Below are positions 25,135-30,376 of a stretch of DNA of 30,376 nt, one piece after another (the first letter of the stretch is position 1; every line of letters starts with the position of its first letter). The position numbers and the translations under genes were made by a program. A model generated the notes under the pieces. It did no database searches. It was not told where the DNA came from and was given only the letters and a program-made list of their open reading frames with translations. The stretch comes from a virus: positions 1 through 30,376 of IMG/VR virus record IMGVR_UViG_2684622740_000002, one strand, 5' to 3'.

Positions 25135-25380
25135 ATTATTTTATTATTTTTCATTTCTTTTTAATGAATATTTTAAAATATTAATTTATTTCATTTTCTG
25201 TTTTAATAACTATTAGTGCAAAACTTTAATAACTAATTATTAACTAATTATTAAAATAGAGCTAAAAAGTAAAGATATTTATAGAAATTCCTACAATATA
25301 TAATTACTATTACATAAAATTCTATAAATTGTACAAGTTTAGTTGGTTTTATTAAATCATTATGGAGATATGGAGATAAG

Positions 25381-26544
25381 ATGAAATTTGCTCATTTAGC
25401 TGACACTCACTTAGGATACAGACAATATGGTCTTTTTGAAAGAGAAGAAGATTTTTATCATGTTTTTCAGGAGATAATTGACAATATAATTGAAGAAAGA
25501 GTAGATTTTGTAATCCATAGTGGAGATCTTTTTGAAATTTCAAAACCTTCTCCCAATGCTTTACTTGTATTTCAAGAGGCATTAATGAAATTAAATGATG
25601 CTAATATACCTATTTATGGAATACCTGGAAATCATGATATTATTATGAGGAAAAATGCATTGCCTCCTCAAATATTATTTAGAAAATTAGGACTAAAACT
25701 AATTAGCCATAACAACCCTTTTTATATCCAGGATAATGTGTTTATTGGAGGAACCCCATATCATTCTAAGGCACACCATGATAAACTGGTTGACAAGCTT
25801 CAATTTGTATCTAAACAAAGTGCAGAACATGATAAAAGGATATTAGTTATACATCAAGGGATTGATAAATATTTACCCTTTGAATATGAGCTTGAAATGG
25901 CAGAGATTCCAACTAATTTTAACTATTATGCTTGTGGGCATGTTCATAATAGGATAAATGATGAATTTGGTGAGGGTAAATTAACTTATCCAGGGTCAAC
26001 TGAAATATGGAAATCAAATGAGGTTTCTGATTATAAAAAGAAAGGAAAAGGATTTTTTTTAGTAGATATTGGTGGAGATATTCCTGAAGTAGAGCCTATT
26101 AATGTAGATATGATGCGAGAGTTCATAGTTAAAGATATAGATTATAGAAAAATAGATGAAGAGTTTTTATCTCTTGAAAAAGATGTAGAAGTTTTAAAAA
26201 ATAAGCCTGTGTTGAATATTACAATATCTGGAGAGAATATTAATAGAACGGATGTTTATGAGAAAATTAATGAAATTTTTTCTAAAATAGCTTTAACTAT
26301 ACGTCCTAATTTCAGAAATATTATAAAAAATGAACATACAGATGTTATAATTTCAAATGATACTTTAGATGCTAAAAGTATTATTGTGAATGAACTTAAA
26401 CATTATGATAATGAAGATATAACTAATTTAGCTATTGATCTTTTAAATGAACTTCCAAAGGAAGATATGGGAAATTCCAAGATTATAACCGAAAAATTTT
26501 TCAATGACTATTTTGATAGAGAAATAAAATGGGATGACATATAA
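25381..26544 (+). CDS. mre11: DNA double-strand break repair nuclease Mre11
   Basis: AHLADTHLG, IHSGDLFE, GIPGNHD, IHQG and YACGHVH metallophosphoesterase motifs; adjacent to rad50. Confidence 0.96.
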   Translation: MKFAHLADTHLGYRQYGLFEREEDFYHVFQEIIDNIIEERVDFVIHSGDLFEISKPSPNALLVFQEALMKLNDANIPIYGIPGNHDIIMRKNALPPQILFRKLGLKLISHNNPFYIQDNVFIGGTPYHSKAHHDKLVDKLQFVSKQSAEHDKRILVIHQGIDKYLPFEYELEMAEIPTNFNYYACGHVHNRINDEFGEGKLTYPGSTEIWKSNEVSDYKKKGKGFFLVDIGGDIPEVEPINVDMMREFIVKDIDYRKIDEEFLSLEKDVEVLKNKPVLNITISGENINRTDVYEKINEIFSKIALTIRPNFRNIIKNEHTDVIISNDTLDAKSIIVNELKHYDNEDITNLAIDLLNELPKEDMGNSKIITEKFFNDYFDREIKWDDI

Positions 26545-26587
26545 CAGTTTTACTATAATTTAAAACTAAATTAAAACTAGTGATAAT

Positions 26588-29431
26588 ATGATATTAACAA
26601 AACTTCAATTAAAAAATTTTAAGTCTCATTTAAATACTAGGATTAATTTTAATCAAGGAGTAAGTATAATTGTTGGTGAAAATGGAGCTGGAAAATCAAG
26701 TATTTTAGAAGCTATTAGCTTTGCATTATTTAAACAGTACTCTGGGAATATTAATAATTTAATTAAAATAGATAAAAAAAATCATGCTAATATTACTATG
26801 TCTGTAACCTTAGAATTTATTTCAGATGGAAATACTTATAAAGTAGTGAGAGAAAGAAACCAAACATCTTCAAAAGCAAGTTTGTATTTCCAATTCCAAC
26901 CAAGAAACAATGATTCTTTAAATAATAATTCTAAATCAAATAATAGTTCAAGTTTAAATAATAATTCTAAATCAAATAATAGTTCAAGTTTAAATAATAA
27001 TTCAGATAATTCAACCACGTTTACACGACTTTGTACTGGAGATAAACAGGTTAATAATGAAATACAGTCTATTCTTAATATGGATGCAGACTTATTTTTA
27101 AATGCTATTTATATTAGACAAGGAGAAATAGCTGATTTAGTTAGTAAAACTTCAGCTGAAAAGAAAAAGTTAATAGGGAAATTACTTGGAATAGAATCTC
27201 TCGAAAAGGCTTGGAAAAATAGTTTAGATTTAATGAAAGAATATGAACTTAAAAAATCAGAGTTAAAAGGTAAAATAAGTCAAAATTCTAAATTAAAGGA
27301 AGATTTAGATATTAAAATGAAAAAACTCCAAGAATTAAACTCTAATGGAGATAAATATCTTAAAGAATTAGAGTCTATTCAAAAAATTAAAAATGATAAA
27401 TTTAAAGAAAAAACTGAAATCGAAATTAAAAAAAGTAAGTTTGAAAATTTAAATAACAACTTAAATAATGAAACAGAAAACGTAAAACAGCTTAAAAAAG
27501 ACAATGAAACATTTAATACTCAACTTTTAGATTTAAAGAAAACAGAACATGAAATAACTATTTTAGAAAGGAAAATTGAAAAACTCCCAGCTATGTTAGA
27601 TTTTGCAGAAGCTGTAAATAATATTAAAATACTAAAAAATGAAGAACAAAGATTAAAAGAACATTTACAAAACATTGAAAATAATAAAAAAATATTAGAA
27701 TATAATGAATTAGAACATAAAGAACATATTCAACTAAAAGAAGATATTCAGCAAATTAAAATAGAATTAACTCAAATTGAAAATAATCTGAAACACTTAA
27801 AAGAAGGTGAAAAAAGACAAAAAGAGCTTGAAGAAGAAATAAACAAGGACAAACTCAATATTCATAATTTCACTGAAAAAATTAAAACATATCTATCTAT
27901 TGATGATGATAACTTTCAAGCTATTACTGATAAAATTGAAAAAACTAAAACAAATTTGAATACAGGACTTAAAAAGTTCAATGAAGATATTTCATTAAAA
28001 CTACAGGAAGTATCTTCATTAAAAGAGAAAATCAACTCTTCTAAAAAAAGCTTATCCCAGCTTAAAATTGTGGATGGAAAATGTCCCATTTGTAATAGTG
28101 ACATTGATGATGATCAAAAACATAAATTAAGCTATGACTATTTAGATATAATTGATACAAGTACAGGTTTAATTGAAAAGAAAGAAGAGCTTATTGAAAG
28201 ATTAAATCAAGAAAAAAATAAAATTGAAAGTAATACTCTGAAATTACAAAAAATCGAAAATGAGATTTCAGCTTATAAAACAATTAATGAAGGACTTAAA
28301 GTTAAGGTTCAAAAGTTTAAAGTTCTATCCTCTCAATTAACTGATAATAATGAATACCATAAAAAAATGGATAGTTTGAAAAAAATCTTAAAAAACAAAA
28401 CAGAAAGGATTGAAAAGACAAATAAAAGCTTTGAAAGCTTTGAAAAAGCAAAAACAGCTTTAGATTTTTTGAAACAACCTGAATCTGTTACAATTAAACT
28501 TGATGAGATTACTGAAAAAATTGATAATGAGGTTTTGAAGCTTAAAAAAGTAATGGATATGGATAAAACAATTTCTACAGATATTGGTGAAAATGATCTT
28601 AAAAATAGGATTGATAAGCTTAAAAAAGCAGACGAATTATATAATCAATTAAAAGGTTCAATTCAACAAAAAAATATTCTAGTTTCTCAAATTCAAGCTA
28701 AAGAAGAGATTATTAAAATTAAAGAAGAAAAAATTGAAAAGATTCACAACGAACTTAAACTCTTTGAATTTAGTGAAGAAAAATACAATAAATTGAGCAT
28801 TGAATTTAAAGAAACTGAAGATAGAATAACTGAGCTAAATAAGAATATTAGTGAAATTAAAGGATCTGCTCGAGAAATAATTAATTTAATTGATGGACTT
28901 AATAAAAAAATTAGTGATAACTTAGATACTGAAAATGAATTAAATGATATTAATGATTATTTAGATTTACTTAAAGAGATAAGGGAATTGTATAGTAAAG
29001 ATAAGATTCAGAAAGATTTAAGAAATAAATCAAGACCACTTATCCAAAAACACACTGTAGAATTCTTTGAAAAATTCAATTTTAATTATTCTGATTTACA
29101 GTTGGATGAAGATTATAATATTAGTGTTTATGGTCCAGATGGAGAAACAAACTTAGTAATGGTTAGTGGTGGTGAAAAAATAGCTATTGCTTTAGCATTA
29201 CGTCTTGGAATAACACAATCATTGTCAGAAGGAAATCTTGAAACGATAATGTTAGATGAGCCTACAATACACTTAGATAGCTACAGACGTTCAGAGTTAA
29301 TAGATATTTTAAGGAAAATGTCTCTATTACCTCAAATGATTATTGTAACACATGATAGTGAACTTGAAAATGCTGCAGACAATATAATTAAGATAGAAAA
29401 AGATCAAGGAGTATCTAAAGTAAGTAGTTAA
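26588..29431 (+). CDS. rad50: DNA double-strand break repair ATPase Rad50
   Basis: Walker A GENGAGKSS, zinc hook CPIC, signature SGGEK, MLDEPT and IVTHD; long coiled coils. Confidence 0.97.
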   Translation: MILTKLQLKNFKSHLNTRINFNQGVSIIVGENGAGKSSILEAISFALFKQYSGNINNLIKIDKKNHANITMSVTLEFISDGNTYKVVRERNQTSSKASLYFQFQPRNNDSLNNNSKSNNSSSLNNNSKSNNSSSLNNNSDNSTTFTRLCTGDKQVNNEIQSILNMDADLFLNAIYIRQGEIADLVSKTSAEKKKLIGKLLGIESLEKAWKNSLDLMKEYELKKSELKGKISQNSKLKEDLDIKMKKLQELNSNGDKYLKELESIQKIKNDKFKEKTEIEIKKSKFENLNNNLNNETENVKQLKKDNETFNTQLLDLKKTEHEITILERKIEKLPAMLDFAEAVNNIKILKNEEQRLKEHLQNIENNKKILEYNELEHKEHIQLKEDIQQIKIELTQIENNLKHLKEGEKRQKELEEEINKDKLNIHNFTEKIKTYLSIDDDNFQAITDKIEKTKTNLNTGLKKFNEDISLKLQEVSSLKEKINSSKKSLSQLKIVDGKCPICNSDIDDDQKHKLSYDYLDIIDTSTGLIEKKEELIERLNQEKNKIESNTLKLQKIENEISAYKTINEGLKVKVQKFKVLSSQLTDNNEYHKKMDSLKKILKNKTERIEKTNKSFESFEKAKTALDFLKQPESVTIKLDEITEKIDNEVLKLKKVMDMDKTISTDIGENDLKNRIDKLKKADELYNQLKGSIQQKNILVSQIQAKEEIIKIKEEKIEKIHNELKLFEFSEEKYNKLSIEFKETEDRITELNKNISEIKGSAREIINLIDGLNKKISDNLDTENELNDINDYLDLLKEIRELYSKDKIQKDLRNKSRPLIQKHTVEFFEKFNFNYSDLQLDEDYNISVYGPDGETNLVMVSGGEKIAIALALRLGITQSLSEGNLETIMLDEPTIHLDSYRRSELIDILRKMSLLPQMIIVTHDSELENAADNIIKIEKDQGVSKVSS
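26917..27003 (+). repeat. 36-bp (12-aa, LNNNSKSNNSSS) tandem repeat, ~2.4 copies, inside rad50
   Basis: Unit TTTAAATAATAATTCTAAATCAAATAATAGTTCAAG starts at 26917, 26953 and 26989 (partial). Confidence 0.93.
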
Positions 29432-29510
29432 GTTTATTGATTATTAATTTATTTTATTAAATTATTTTATTAATTTATTTTATTAATTTTTTTAGTATAA
29501 AATGTTCTAC

Positions 29511-29918
29511 TTAAACAAAATCATCATATATTCCTAAAACCACATCTTTTATAGTGTTTACAATACAATTTGCATTCCATCCTACAATAGCACTGGCTAC
29601 TTTTTCAACATCTTCAGGAACTTCCTCAACCCCATAAGGTCTTACAAGAATAATTGGTTTTTCATATGTTATAGCAGATTCGATTAAAGCATCTATCTTC
29701 TCTTTATTCTTTTCATATAATCCTGCAAGTAAAATAATTGCGTCAATTTTGTTAAAAAAAGATTCATTCAGATGTAATGATCCTGCGAAAGATTCTTTCC
29801 ATAAAAAATCTTTTTTTGAAAATAATTTATCATGAAATTCATTATATTCGTTATTTTGATCATGTCCATTACTTATTAATAAATTATAAATCTTATTATC
29901 ATTTTCTTCTTCAAACAT
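29511..29918 (-). CDS. MTH538-like TIR/flavodoxin-fold protein (DUF1863)
   Basis: DAIILLAGLY, KPIILVRPYGVEEVP and IVGWNANCI match MTH538; GGAGG RBS before ATG 29918 (track start 29939). Confidence 0.85.
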   Translation of the reverse strand: MFEEENDNKIYNLLISNGHDQNNEYNEFHDKLFSKKDFLWKESFAGSLHLNESFFNKIDAIILLAGLYEKNKEKIDALIESAITYEKPIILVRPYGVEEVPEDVEKVASAIVGWNANCIVNTIKDVVLGIYDDFV

Positions 29919-29978
29919 AACTGTACCTCCACTAACCAATACTTCTTAATTAATGATTATTTTAAATATTATTTGTAT

Positions 29979-29992
29979 TATATATAAATGTA
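29979..29992 (-). promoter_or_regulatory. Probable TATA box (TTTATATA) of the MTH538-like gene
   Basis: Minus-strand TTTATATA about 60 nt upstream of the ATG. Confidence 0.45.
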
Positions 29993-30149
29993 CTAATAAC
30001 AATATAGATTTTACATTTTTTTATGATCCTAAAGTCATGAAAATTAATTTCTGAATAAAATTAATATAATAAATAACATATATAATTCATTAAATAATTC
30101 AATAAAATAATTATTATATTTAGTAATATATTTAAAATACTATTACTAC

Positions 30150-30376
30150 ATTTACTAAACATTATGACAAATAAAATTATTACAATATTTACTAAACATT
30201 ATGACAAATAAAATTATTACAATATTTACTAAACATTATGACAAATAAAATTATTACAATATTTACTAAACATTATGACAAATAAGATTATTACAATATT
30301 TACTAAACATTATGACAAATAAGATTATTACAATATTTACTAAACATTATGACAAATAAGATTATTACAATATTTA
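30150..30376. repeat. 37-bp non-coding tandem repeat, at least 6 copies, running off the window end
   Basis: Unit ATTTACTAAACATTATGACAAATAA(A/G)ATTATTACAAT starts at 30150, 30187, 30224, 30261, 30298, 30335 and 30372; no spacers. Confidence 0.95.

Larger units (their letters stand above)
1..25140 (+). mobile_element. Provirus (Caudoviricetes, contractile tail): head, tail, baseplate, lysis and accessory modules; left part lies outside the window
   Basis: Colinear structural module (MuF, protease, MCP, connector, HK97 gp10-like, terminator, sheath, tube, TAC, TMP, hub, spike, gp25-like, baseplate J, gpI-like, fibre, endolysin) ending just before host mre11. No integrase, terminase, portal or att site seen in the window, so the right boundary (25135-25380) is approximate. 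Confidence 0.93.

Noticed and set aside
25277-25329. Inverted repeat as the attR core
   Set aside because: It cannot be verified without the left junction, and AT-rich 10-bp inverted repeats arise easily by chance.
22140-25380. Diversity-generating retroelement targeting the tail fibre tip
   Set aside because: No second, adenine-variant copy of the fibre 3' end and no reverse transcriptase were seen in the window.
428-27018. Minus-strand ORFs in the track (428, 2325, 3585, 4041, 4825, 5233, 9320, 9573, 10274, 11129, 12143, 13091, 14219, 18024, 20596, 25352, 26836)
   Set aside because: They are shadows of well-supported plus-strand genes or repeats, with no RBS or recognisable motifs. The same applies to 27916 and to the plus-strand alternate-frame ORFs at 7125, 8727, 16575 and 20367.
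29511-29918. Thoeris defence system
   Set aside because: Only a lone MTH538-like TIR is present, with no ThsA partner and no obvious catalytic WxxxE glutamate. By recall, MTH538 also lies near rad50/mre11 in Methanothermobacter, so it is probably core synteny.
30150-30376. CRISPR array (37-bp unit is CRISPR-repeat sized)
   Set aside because: Units abut directly with no unique spacers, and no cas genes are in the window.

Overview
The first ~25.1 kb is the head-tail-lysis half of an AT-rich, contractile-tailed (myovirus-type) Caudoviricetes provirus. Its host is most likely a pseudomurein-walled methanogen (Methanobacteriales, Methanobrevibacter-like). That assignment is inferred from archaeal BRE-TATA promoters, GGAGGTGA-type RBSs, C39- and transglutaminase-type wall hydrolases, and flanking archaeal mre11-rad50 plus an MTH538-like gene. 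The gene order is: MuF/SPP1-gp7 head protein with a zincin tail, moron genes, prohead protease/scaffold, major capsid, neck, sheath, tube, chaperone, tape measure, baseplate, tail fibre, endolysin, and a small accessory region. Host genes follow, and the window ends in a 37-bp tandem repeat. Four signals are not explained by the ORF track. (1) Two tandem cassettes after the endolysin each contain a promoter, a 28-29 aa hydrophobic peptide, a hairpin, a convergent antisense promoter, a second hydrophobic peptide and a DNA-binding protein; this resembles type I toxin-antitoxin modules. (2) Two candidate +1 ribosomal frameshifts occur, capsid to Ig-like domain and tail chaperone G to GT. (3) A GC-rich double-hairpin motif is repeated in front of three transcription units. 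(4) Two head genes carry in-frame stop codons while the tail module looks intact. All protein family calls are from motif recognition by eye; no database searches were run.
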